Below are positions 25,117-35,895 of a stretch of 64,000 bases of DNA, piece by piece; positions within the stretch are counted from its first letter, which is position 1, and the number at the start of each line of letters is the position of its first letter. A program made the translations under genes and the position numbers. The stretch is from assembly GCA_013239625.1 (NCBI GenBank), contig MU054323.1, forward strand, positions 1,674,001 through 1,738,000. Direction: 5' to 3'. The notes under the pieces were generated by a model, which was not told where the DNA came from, made no database searches, and worked only from the letters and a program-made list of their open reading frames with translations. The stretch comes from Lama guanicoe. Lineage: Eukaryota.

Positions 25117-28100
25117 GACAGACATACCTTTGATCCAATTAAGTATTTTCTGAATAGGAGTTAATGATGGTTGTTAAGTAAATACTAGTTTGAATATAGG
25201 AATCTCGTAAAAACAATGGTGCTCAGTATCTGCTTGTCTTACACCACTGTGAGCGTGCGAACCAGCACGCTGTAGAGCAGAGGGGTTGCCATAAGGAGCC
25301 CTGGCTTGGGCTTCTGCTCTGACCCTTAACAGCTGGGTGATGCCCACTCATCTCCTCTGATCCTGCTTCCTCTGCAAAATCCCAAGGTAGTGGTGAGGAA
25401 CAAATGGTAGAAGGACTGTTTGCAGTTGGCCGGGGACTATCTGCATGTGAGGGGACTTTACTGCAGTTTGTCAAGGTGGGATCTCCTTCTTCCCTGACCT
25501 CGGTAGGCTGCGACAGGCTGGACCCAGCCAAAGAAATCCACACTGCACCCTGGCCGCCCTGACACAGAGCCCCGTCTCATCCCCTGAGCTGAAGCATTTG
25601 ATCTGATCCAGAAATTCTTTCCTTTTTCTCTCTTCTGAAAGTCCCTCAACAAGAGACCCCTGGTTTAATGATGTGTGTTGCTTTTATGATTAGACTTTGT
25701 GGAACGGATGGATCTCAGAATGGGCTCTCTTTCACTGGCATGGAGTGACTAAAAAGCAAGGAGGGCAGAGCAAGAAGACTGATATTACAGCTGATAACAG
25801 TGTCCTTTGGAGAAGTGACTGTGGAACAGTTGAGAACTGGATGGCATACTCTCTGATTACGAGACTGACCTAGGCAGACAGGATCACAAAGGCAGACAGT
25901 GGCTTTCTCGCACTGTGGGTTTCCAGGATGGCCAAGGAGAGCAAACCTAATCCGCCAGAAGATAATGTCCATTAAAGTCTTAATGCTAGCTTAGCTAAAA
26001 CTAGTTCCTTGGAGCATTTTACTACTCTGTTTGCCATGAGCATAAGCCTGCTTTCATAGATCTGATGTTCCATAAATATTTGGATGATGCCATGAGTTCT
26101 GATTTAGGCCCTTCAGAGAAGATATTTAACTAAAAATAGAAAGCAGAGGCAGAAAAAAAAAATCACTTCTTTTAAAGAGGTCAGCAAATCTATTAAGTGT
26201 TTTGCCGTGCCAGGCCATGGTCTCTGGTTTCACGGGAACATAGTCAGTGCTGCTGTGTCCAGAGCAAATGGCCGTGCATTCCTTATGACTGTGGGTGTCC
26301 TCGTAAGGTGGGTGGCACAGGACTGTATTTTAAGGCTGCTTCCTCTGACGTGCCCTTTTCAGAGGCAGAATCTCTTGTGTCGCCGATAGCCTTGACTTTC
26401 CATAAACATAAAGGCAAGAAGTGCCCACATGAACAATTTGCTTCCTCTAATGATGTCACCCACTTAGGCAGAGTAGAAAACATATCCTTGCTTTGACTTT
26501 CCCCTTTTTTAAATCTTTTCTTTCCAATCAGTCACCAAGTACTGTCAATTCTACTTTATAAACTTCCTGAGTTTGTCGCTTCCTCTTTATACACACCACC
26601 GCTGTATGAGTTTGGGCCATCTCACCTGCTCTATTGAAGCCCTCCCTCCTTGGCCCAGCCATTCCCCCCATCAGTCTTCCTTCCTGTTGTCAGTGGGGTC
26701 TTTCTAAGTTACAGTCCCAAATACATCCACATTCACTTTTTGATTGAGATGATTTAGTGGTCTTACCTCCAGGATAAAGTCCAGACTCTTTAGACTGATG
26801 CTCAGGTCTCTTTACAGCCTGACTTCTGCCTACCTTTTGATGCCCTCTGTTGGGACGTCCTTTTCCCTCTTTGGTCAGCTCTGCTTAAACCTGTAACATT
26901 TGACCTGAATGCAACCTTGTCTATGAAGCTTCTCCAGACAGAGATCACTGCTCTTTTCTCAACAATCCCAAAGACGCGTGACTCAACTTCTATTATAGCA
27001 GTTGCCACATTGGGTTATTGGATTATAATAAGGAAAAGAGTAGGAAGGGATTGGGAGAAGGTGGAATGTGTGTAGTGGAAATAGCATGGGCTTTGGGATT
27101 ACTCCAACTTGGGTTTAAATTGTGGCTCTACCATTTACTTCTCTCTTGACCTTGTACTCAACTGCTCTGAGTATCCATTTTCCTATACACTTACCTTACA
27201 GTGTTGGAAGGATTCAATGACATAATATGTACAAAGCATCTGGTAGGTCTCAGTTGGAACTCTGTATGTGACAGTCTCACCTTTCTTTTACCTGCATCAT
27301 TGGCCCTGAGGAAGCATCATTGTATTGGTGATGGTCAAAAATCTATTATCTTCTCTCTGAGAAATGGTTCGGGTACATCTCAGTTAGCATTAGGACTAAA
27401 ACGGCCTATATGTGCTGGACCACTATGTCTTGGGTATCATAGATTGGGAGTATGTGGGAGACTGTGAAGGGAGGGAGGAGGTGGCAGAGGAGCGTGGTTG
27501 TGTCAGGAAACTGATAGTGCAATTAACTTAAAGAGGTTTCCCTAAGTCAGTTTCTTCCCTTGTGGATGTACCTGAAACCCCATCCATGGAGTGTAACTAT
27601 ATCTTCAAGATATAGGGTACTTAAGGACAGGGAGATAATTATATCCTCTTGATTATCCACATCTGAAAGTAGGAAACAGGGCTTTCTCTAAAAGGAGTGA
27701 AACACTGGTGCATAAGGGGAAACCTACATCTTTTGTAAGAGCTGAGCTGAGCCCCTAGTTATGTGTGGGTTGCGGTCAAGGTGCACAGCAGAGGAGATAG
27801 CTGTTCCTGAGGGTGTGGGACCAAGCCCTGGGGACAAGGAGAGATGAGCTACAAGCGAGGCAGCAGTGAGCCTATCATTTCCAAATGGGTAGGCCTCGTG
27901 CTTGAGACTGGAGATGCTTGTATTGTGTAAGTATCCCAAACGCATTGCTTTTGGGAAAGTAGGAGATAATTTTGGATGCTTAAAAAATAGAGAAATAGGA
28001 ATTGGGGCTCATAAAAATTATGACAGTATTTTTTTTAAAAAGGATATATAAACCCAAATTTTTTTTTAAAATAAGGAAAACACAAAAAACAAAACCCCAA

Positions 28101-28239
28101 AACCTATTTGTGTTGATTTTCTTCTAGTCAAAATGTGATCATGTCCTCTTTTTGTTATTCCATTTCCCGTTTTGCTTTTAATGTAATTCATCCTCGTGGA
28201 AAGGGCAGATTAAAAATAAGCTTGGCAGGGCAGAGGGGA

Positions 28240-28329
28240 CAGCGCTAATGCCGTCTTGCGTTCCTTCCAGGCGCAGTGTGAACTTCCTCGTCTCCCTTCC
28301 CAGCCAGCTCTCGGCCTCCTGTATCCACC
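28240..28329 (+). other. KCNS3: 3' splice site and 5' UTR portion of the KCNS3 terminal exon (exon starts 28271, 59 nt before ATG)
   Basis: Branch-point-like GCTAAT (~28244), pyrimidine tract cgtcttgcgttccttc, AG at 28269-28270, then 59 nt without an ATG up to the start codon. Confidence 0.88.
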
Positions 28330-29805
28330 ATGGTGTTTGGTGAGTTTTTCCATCGCCACGGACAAGATGAGGAACTTGTCAACCTGAACGTGGGGGGCTT
28401 TAAGCAGTCCGTCGACCAGAGCACCCTCCTGCGTTTCCCTCACACCAGGCTCGGGAAGCTGCTCACCTGCCACTCGGAGGAGGCCATCCTGGAGCTGTGT
28501 GATGACTACAGTGTGGCGGACAAAGAGTACTATTTTGACCGGAACCCCTCCCTGTTCAGATACGTGCTGAACTTTTATTACACAGGGAAGCTGCATGTCA
28601 TGGAGGAGCTGTGCGTGTTCTCCTTCTGCCAGGAGATCGAGTACTGGGGCCTCAACGAGCTCTTCCTCGACTCCTGCTGCAGCAGTCGCTACCAGGAGCG
28701 CAAGGAGGAAAGCCACGAGAAGGACTGGGACCAGAAGAGCAACGATGTGAGCACCGACTCCTCCTTTGAAGAGTCGACCCTGTTCGAGAAGGAGCTGGAG
28801 AAGTTTGACAAGCTGCGATTCGGTCAGCTCCGGAAGAAGATCTGGATTCGAATGGAAAACCCGGCCTACTGCCTGTCGGCCAAGCTCATCGCCATCTCCT
28901 CCTTGAGCGTGGTGCTGGCCTCCATCGTAGCCATGTGTGTCCACAGCATGTCGGAGTTCCAGAACGAGGACGGGGAGGTGGATGACCCCGTGCTGGAAGG
29001 CGTGGAGATCGCGTGCATCGCCTGGTTCACCGGCGAGCTCGCCGTCCGGCTGGTTGCTGCTCCCTGTCAAAAGAAGTTCTGGAAAAATCCTCTGAACATC
29101 ATCGACTTCGTCTCCATTATCCCCTTTTATGCCACCCTGGCTGTGGACACCAAGGAGGAAGAGAGCGAGGACATCGAGAACATGGGCAAGGTGGTCCAGA
29201 TCCTCAGGCTTATGAGGATTTTCCGAATTCTCAAGCTTGCCCGGCACTCGGTGGGACTTCGGTCCCTCGGGGCCACACTGAGGCACAGCTACCACGAAGT
29301 TGGGCTGCTGCTCCTCTTCCTGTCGGTGGGCATCTCCATCTTTTCTGTGCTTATCTACTCTGTAGAGAAAGACGACCACTCATCCAGCCTCACCAGCATC
29401 CCCGTCTGCTGGTGGTGGGCCACCATCAGCATGACGACCGTTGGCTATGGAGACACCCACCCTGTCACCTTGGCCGGGAAGCTTATTGCCAGCTCGTGCA
29501 TCATCTGTGGCATCTTGGTGGTGGCCCTTCCGATCACCATTATCTTCAACAAGTTTTCCAAGTACTACCAGAAGCAAAAGGACATTGATGTGGACCAGTG
29601 TAGCGAGGACCCACCAGAGAAGTGTCATGAGCTCCCTTACTTTAACATTAGGGACATCTATGCCCAGCGGATGCACGCCTTCATCACCAGTCTCTCTTCT
29701 GTGGGAATCGTGGTGAGCGATCCCGATTCCACGGATGCTTCAAGCATTGAAGACAACGAGGATGTTTATAACATGGCATCCTTGGAGAACTGCACAGCAA
29801 AATGA
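28330..29805 (+). CDS. KCNS3: Potassium voltage-gated channel modifier subfamily S member 3 (Kv9.3), 491 aa, entire CDS in one exon
   Basis: N-terminus MVFGEFFHR followed by a T1/BTB domain (VNLNVGG...YYFDRNPSLF...CQEIEYWG), six hydrophobic segments, S4 RLMRIFRILKLARH, pore TTVGYGD (TVGYG at 29437-29451), S6 ALPIT, and C-terminus ...SLENCTAK. Strong Kozak context CCACCATGG. Sequence and length match my recollection of mammalian Kv9.3. Confidence 0.99.
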   Translation: MVFGEFFHRHGQDEELVNLNVGGFKQSVDQSTLLRFPHTRLGKLLTCHSEEAILELCDDYSVADKEYYFDRNPSLFRYVLNFYYTGKLHVMEELCVFSFCQEIEYWGLNELFLDSCCSSRYQERKEESHEKDWDQKSNDVSTDSSFEESTLFEKELEKFDKLRFGQLRKKIWIRMENPAYCLSAKLIAISSLSVVLASIVAMCVHSMSEFQNEDGEVDDPVLEGVEIACIAWFTGELAVRLVAAPCQKKFWKNPLNIIDFVSIIPFYATLAVDTKEEESEDIENMGKVVQILRLMRIFRILKLARHSVGLRSLGATLRHSYHEVGLLLLFLSVGISIFSVLIYSVEKDDHSSSLTSIPVCWWWATISMTTVGYGDTHPVTLAGKLIASSCIICGILVVALPITIIFNKFSKYYQKQKDIDVDQCSEDPPEKCHELPYFNIRDIYAQRMHAFITSLSSVGIVVSDPDSTDASSIEDNEDVYNMASLENCTAK

Positions 29806-30280
29806 GCAGGGACGTTTGTGCCTGTATCTTGTGCCCCTTCCCGATGTTAGGTTAACACAGCTTTATAAACCTCAATGGGTTCGTTAAAATCATTTAATTC
29901 TCAGGGTGTACTTTTCAGCCATAGTCGGACATTTCATTGCTCTGAAATGATAGAAATGTCTTTATTTTTCTCAGTGAGGCGAATTAAATGCCTTGTTCTG
30001 AAATTTATTTTTTACAAGAGAGAGTTGTAATACGATTTTGGAAAAAAAAAGAGGTAAATGGTATTGGATGGGACTTGTTGCTGTGGCTTCTGTATCATTC
30101 TGTATTTATCATTTACTCACATTGAGCTAATTGTAAATTACCGACAAGTAGAATCAAAGGCCCAGCTGACTGAAGACTACATGCATGTAAGATCCACAAG
30201 TGAGAAAATGCATGTAAATCCATGTTCATGCTCTAGACATGGAATTTAGGAGCCTAATAAACTGCCTAATTCAGTACAGA
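29806..30280 (+). other. KCNS3: KCNS3 3' UTR (end approximate)
   Basis: AT-rich unique sequence after the TGA stop, ending about 15-25 nt after AATAAA at 30256-30261. Confidence 0.75.
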
Positions 30281-30305
30281 GAATGTCTTGGTTGTATGTT
30301 TTTAT
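30256..30305 (+). terminator. Polyadenylation signal AATAAA with downstream GU/U-rich element
   Basis: AATAAA at 30256-30261, followed ~25-45 nt later by tgtcttggttgtatgttttt; upstream TGTA motifs at 30132, 30186 and 30213. Confidence 0.8.
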
Positions 30306-31389
30306 GTTAAGGAAGAACATTTCGGTATGTTCACGATTGGCTTGGGAGGGAGATGCTCTTTTTGGAGCATCAAGAGTCCTTTCTGGATGTTACTGAATTT
30401 TGAATATACATCCACAAGGGGCTGGTTCTTTTGCTCAGGACACTCGGTGGTGGTTGGCAGAGAGGTAGAACACGTTCATGATTAAACCACACTGTCCATT
30501 GTAAACCGATTACGCACCCACATGTTTAGGACATACTCATATCAGCATGTGTGCATGAAACACGTGCCTTTACAGATATGTTTCCAGTGTATATCTTGTG
30601 TTTTATAATTTCTGCTGCTGAGATAAAATCCCATCACCTGAAAATTACGCAGAGCAGAGTAAACCTACAGGCGCACAGGCAGAGGTGCTTTCAGTGAATG
30701 GAAGAAGGAGAAATGTTGTACAAACACACAGATGTGACTCATTATGGCCACAGGAGTGAAACTTGAATCACTGAGCAAAGCCACGCCAGCAGCTATGAAA
30801 TGAGCCAACATTTAAAAATAGCCTTAGAGGCAGTCATGTCCTCCTCTTCCGTAGAAAACCCTCATAAAGAAAGAAGAGGCGTACATACTCATTCCAGGGC
30901 AGTAAAACAGCAATTCTATCCCATGCAGAGAGAATTTAGCTAAAAATCTGAATTTTGGAGATACACAGCGACTCCTAACGTGTGCTGTCAGACTGGCTTC
31001 CTTCTGGGAGATCTTCTGAATGGAAGAGTCACAAGGATTCATTATCCAATTTTTTTATGCTCGTAGATGCATTTTGTTGAAAGAAGGACGTTCTCTGTGG
31101 GTTGGCTGATGAAGGTAACTTTTTGACTCATCACTCTTTTTAATTGTTCTCTAATTCCTGAGATGGATATAATTGAACACGGTTTATAGTCACGTTTCAA
31201 TCTGGGAGCTTCCCCTGCCTTTTAAAAAAATATTTCTTTCCCCTCAAATGCCTTTGATATTGGCATGAGCATAATTTTGAAGGAATCCAGTTTTATTGAA
31301 GATTTCCCGATGAGTAATAAAATCACTGAAGACTGCTGATGTAGTAACAGTAACAGTAACAGTGATTGTAATAATAACGATGTATTAAT

Positions 31390-31605
31390 AATAATAAGCT
31401 ACTGTGTAAGGACGTCACCTATACCATCTCATTTACTCCTTACCTCATCCTAGCAGCAAGGCTTTATGACTGTGTCCATTTTAAGATGAGGACACTGAGG
31501 TTCACAGGAAAAGTGGCTTCAGTTCCCACAGTGAGTAACAGAGTTGGGCATAGAACCTGGAGAGCCAGATTCAGAGCCAGTGTCTGGAACATTGCCTCCC
31601 ACTGC
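31390..31605 (-). mobile_element. MIR SINE
   Basis: ccattttaagatgaggacactgaggttcacag...cagagttgggcatagaacctgg. Confidence 0.7.
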
Positions 31606-34289
31606 CCCCTGCTCTGCTGGGCTCAGCAGTGGATTTAAGGATACGTGAGGACAATGCTCATCTGAGGAGCAACAAACTCTGTCAGATGTTGATTTTTCCA
31701 GTACTTGAGACGAAAGGGGAAACGTTGGCTTACGTACCTTTCCTCTTCCGACTCAGAAAGCAGACGCATTTGTTGACAGAGCAGAGTTTTCTAGAGAGCC
31801 CTGAAGCTGGAGCCGGCTCCAAGGGTCCACCCCTGACCCTGAGTGATGGATGCAGTGGGAAACCTGGGTTTCTACAAGAATCCAGGGATGTCTCTTCAAT
31901 GGTGGGTACTCAAGAAGATCCTTCTTTTAGGATCCTTTTTCTCTTCTGGTTGGAGCCCTAAAGGAATTGTATATCATGTGTTAATTCCTGGAGGTAGCTT
32001 GCCAGTGGTGGGGGTGCCTTCCCTCTGGGCTTGGCCAGCTGGAAATCTCTCCCTCAAACCTCGGCTCAGTCTCTGCCATACTTTTTAGTTGGAACTCATG
32101 CTGCATCATTGAGCCTCTAGTGACAAAGAGCTGCAGTGCCTTCTTGTGTTTCTGCCTCTCTCAGCTTTCCCGCGACGCACGCAAGTCACCGGTCATTCAC
32201 TCCCACGTGTTGAGACAGTGAGGTCCTTCTCGCGGGAAGAGCTGAGTCAGTGCTGAACGCCCGCTGCTCAGGGATGCTGGCAGTGGTGTGAGCACCGAGG
32301 GAGAGGAGCAAGCCAGGCAACCTGACCCAAGTGGCGCTGCCCGTTTCTGAGTGAGCAGTCCCAGGCAGCAGGGCTCATTTGGGTGGGGCCAGAGTTTCAT
32401 AATTTAATTCTTTCAAATTTCTTGTCCTACCCTGTGACCTCTTCCTCCATCTCCTCAGATTTGTTTTATCTTCAGCAGCAGTTCTTCATGGCTTTTTGGA
32501 AGGCCATTGAAGCACCCAGGGACCCACCAGGCTTGGTTTCCTCCCTCCCAGTCCTTCTCCTCTGGGGGATTTCAGTTCCCTGTGTCTCCAGTCAGCATTA
32601 CCTGTGTGTTTACTGGGATGTGTGCTCAGAATAGGAACTGGGAATATAAGAATGAGACATGGTCCTTGCTCTCAGGGACCATTAGGCTGATGGGAAATAG
32701 ATAAGTCTACTGACTTATGAATGTGTATGTGAGTGAGGGAAGGCTTCCTGGAGGAGGTGACACCTGAGCTGTTGGGGAGCATCGTCTCAGATTCCAGTGA
32801 GTTCTTTTCGGCCTTTGAGAAAAAAAACGTCACTGACCCTGGACAGGTCCCAGTCACAGGCACAGCTAATCCCTGCCTTTGGGGCTTCTGTATTTCCCCG
32901 CCTTTTCCGACCACCCCTCTTTAGTTAAAGGATCTTCTTCCTTTAGATGCGCTGATCCCACTTTTTCCATGTGGGGGTCTAGCGATGCCCATAGAGGTAG
33001 ACTTCGTAACTTTGCTGCTCTTCTTGCTTTTGTTTGTTTTGTTTTGTTGCCAGAAATATTTGGTCATAGTTGCTTTTGTGCAAGCCTGAGCTCATCCTTG
33101 CGTGTTGATAGCTATTTAACTTAGAGTTTGGTGGACACTTGGTATTGTCTCTGTCTGCAAGGTCTTGGCGGGCCATTGCCTTGGGATTTCCATGCTCTGA
33201 GACCCCTGTTCTATTTTACAGAGGTTGATTGATGTTATTGGAGAAGCTTTTCCAAACATCCAGAAAAGGGTGATTTGTGCCGTATGAAATTGCCATTATT
33301 CTATCATTTTTGACCTAGAATGACAGCAGGTTCCATATGGCTCAATTTAAGGTTAAGTTTGCTTCGTGTTAGCAAAAAGGTATTTCTCAAGTTCTTGAGA
33401 ACTTGTGACTCGTCCCATCTGTATGTCTAGTTTAAGGAAGAAGTGGGGCAGCGGGAAGCCTGGGGACTTGGTGCCAGCACTGGGGCTAATTAGCTGTGTG
33501 ACCAGGAGACCAGGCAGCCCCTCTCTGAGCTTGTCTTCTCAGGTTGGAGGTGTGTGTAATAACCACCAGATTCCTTTCTACCTCTGATACTTACGTAGTT
33601 GACTTTCTTTTTAAAAACTGGCTAGTTCCCATTTAACTTTGTTTACGTTGTAAATTTGCATAAAGCTGATTTTAACCTGCTGTCTAATTTTTCTCATATT
33701 CTCTATCAGTCGAGTCCTAACTAATGAGGTTTTATTTCTTGTGGTTGGTGCACAGGTTATGGCTTGCCTTAAAACTTAGGCTATTAAAAAACATCTGCAA
33801 GAGACTCCTTTATTTCCCTTTGTGTGGCGATGAGGGGTGAAGGCCCCCAGAACACTAGAGGGTGATGTAAGTGAAAGGGCTCTTGAACATCAATGGGTGC
33901 CTTGTTTTGATTTGCTTGACAATCACTCCGTGGCTTAACCTTTCATCATTTTCAGCATCTCTTACTTTGCCCTTCCCAGGAAGAATGCCAAAGTGTTAGG
34001 TACCCAGGAGAGAGGAGGGGGTGAGCTGAGCAAGAGAAGGCTCCCAGAATGGCAAAGCACTGCCCAAAGCCATGGAATGCGACAGCTCAGAGGGACAGGA
34101 GAGGTCACCTGGCCCATCTTCCCAGTTCAAAAAGAAGGAAAATGAGTGACTCACCCAAGGTCATGAAGCAACATAGGGACCAAATTCAGACGGGGACACA
34201 ATCATAATTCCTTCTTCCCTCCCCTCGGCTCCCTAGCCTCCTCCCTAACCTTCCTCCTTCCCTCCCTCCTTCCTTCCTTCTTACCTACT

Positions 34290-34605
34290 CTTAATTGTGA
34301 AAAATTGCAAACACATACAAAATTGCAAACACATGCAAAGTTGCAAGAACAGTGTCACGTACCTACAGGCGCCACCACCCAGCTTCAACAACTACCATCT
34401 CATAAAAAACTTATTTCATCTCCTCCCCAACTCACTTCCTTTCCTCTCCCGTTTATTTTGAAGCAAGTACCAGGTGTATCATGGAATCCATAAATATTTC
34501 AGTAAGTATCTTTTAAAGAATAATCTTTTTTTCTAAATCCAATTGCAATGCCACTCGTAAAACTAAAACGCAATAATAATTTCTCAATACGATCAACTAT
34601 CCAGT
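34290..34605 (-). mobile_element. Old L1 (L1MC5-like) 3' fragment
   Basis: ttaattgtgaaaaattgcaaacacatacaaaa...ccaccacccagcttcaacaa...ttattttgaagcaa; resembles 22550-22870. Confidence 0.6.
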
Positions 34606-35135
34606 CTTAGAAGGCATTGCTTAGCCATTACTTTCCAGTTTCCTGGCATCTCTGACCACCTGGTTCAGGTAGGAACATCTACAAATCATGCACTAAAGAG
34701 TCACAGGAAAGCAGGGAGCCTCAAGAAGTAATTGAAATGGTTTCTGCTTAGACTTTCAAATTATCTGAGATACCTAACTATTTTCTCAGTTAAAAAAAAA
34801 AAAAAAAACTCCAGCGGCTGAGAGAACGCACCTTACAGCTTACATTTAACCTAAATGCTGCCGACAGCAGTTCAAAGTTCCTTTGTCCTTGTTTCACATT
34901 CCCTGAAGGTGGAACCAGCCACAACCGCCCCTGAATAAGGAATGTCTGTGTTCTTCGAGCCCTTCAGTTTCCATCCTGAGCTCTCTTCTCCTGCTAAAAA
35001 GAATCCCAGTTTTGAAAATTTTACTTGGTTTTTTTTTTTTCCAGGAAGGTAAGAGAAGAAGATAAAGTATTTATTCGACTAACACCCAAATGAAGGTAGG
35101 TGTTGTAGTTAGAGAACTGAAATAACTTTCCCAAG

Positions 35136-35616
35136 AGTATTAGGTTTCGGTGGCTGCTGTGACAAGTTACCACAAACTTAGCGGCTTAAAGCAACAGAAG
35201 TTCATTGTCTCATCGTTCTGGAGGCCAGAAGTTTGAACCAAGTCTGAGGGGCTAAAATTAAGGTGTTAGCTGGGCTGGTTCCTTCTGGAGGCTCCGGACA
35301 TGGAGTGGGAATCCATTCTGTGCTTCTTCCAGCTTCCGATGGCTGCCTGCATTCCTTAGCTCGTGACTCATCACTCCAATCTCTGCCAGTGTGGTCATGT
35401 TGCCTTCTCTTCTGTGTCACACATCTCTTGGCCTCCCTCTTATAAGGATTTGTGATTACACTTAGGATCTACTCAGATAATCCAGGGTAATTGTCCCATG
35501 TCAAGATCTTTAATTTAATCATGACTGTAAAGTTCCTTTGCCCCATAAGGTAACATTTCCAGGTTCCAGGCATGAGGATCTGGGTATCTTCAGGGGCCAA
35601 TATTCAGCCTACTACA
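35136..35616 (-). mobile_element. MLT1 (MLT1C/D-like) solo LTR, full length
   Basis: Begins agtattaggtttc...gctgctgtgacaagttaccacaaacttagcggcttaaagcaacagaa and ends ...attcagcctactaca; imperfect 5-bp TSD ccaag/ccaaa. Confidence 0.88.
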
Positions 35617-35689
35617 CCAAAAGTTATACCATTGTTAAGAAGCCTTCATTTTAATGGTATGTTAATATAGGGCATCTTACTGGTTAGGA

Positions 35690-35895
35690 GAAAGGAACAT
35701 TGGATAAGAACATGGATTTTGGTGTCAGACAAGCTTGAGTTTGAATCCTAGCTTGGTCTGCAATCATAGACAAGCTCTTTAACCTCTCTGAGTCCAAGTC
35801 TTCTCATCTGCACATAGAGATAGTGCAAGGACTTAATTGGCCGATCAATACAAAGTGTCTTGTGCAGTGCCTTTCATAGAACAGGCACTCCAGGA
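35690..35895 (+). mobile_element. MIR SINE
   Basis: gagtttgaatcctagct...cttaacctctctgagtccaagtcttctcatctg. Confidence 0.7.

Larger units (their letters stand above)
18302..28343 (+). other. Spliced upstream overlapping ORF, 44 aa, join(18302-18363,28271-28343)
   Basis: Manual translation across the predicted junction gives MTMDSPLGRMRAGSVMSTPQGRSVNFLVSLPSQLSASCIHHGVW*. The TGA stop at 28341-28343 lies downstream of, and out of frame with, the KCNS3 ATG. Confidence 0.6.

Noticed and set aside
28210..29379. 389-aa ORF on the minus strand, antisense to KCNS3
   Set aside because: It lies almost entirely opposite the KCNS3 CDS, whose C/G-ending codon bias depletes antisense stops. The peptide has no recognisable domain, so it is a typical shadow ORF.
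29013..29716. Alternative-frame ORFs (191, 98 and 91 aa) inside the KCNS3 CDS
   Set aside because: By-products of GC-rich coding sequence, with no independent start context or homology that I can see.
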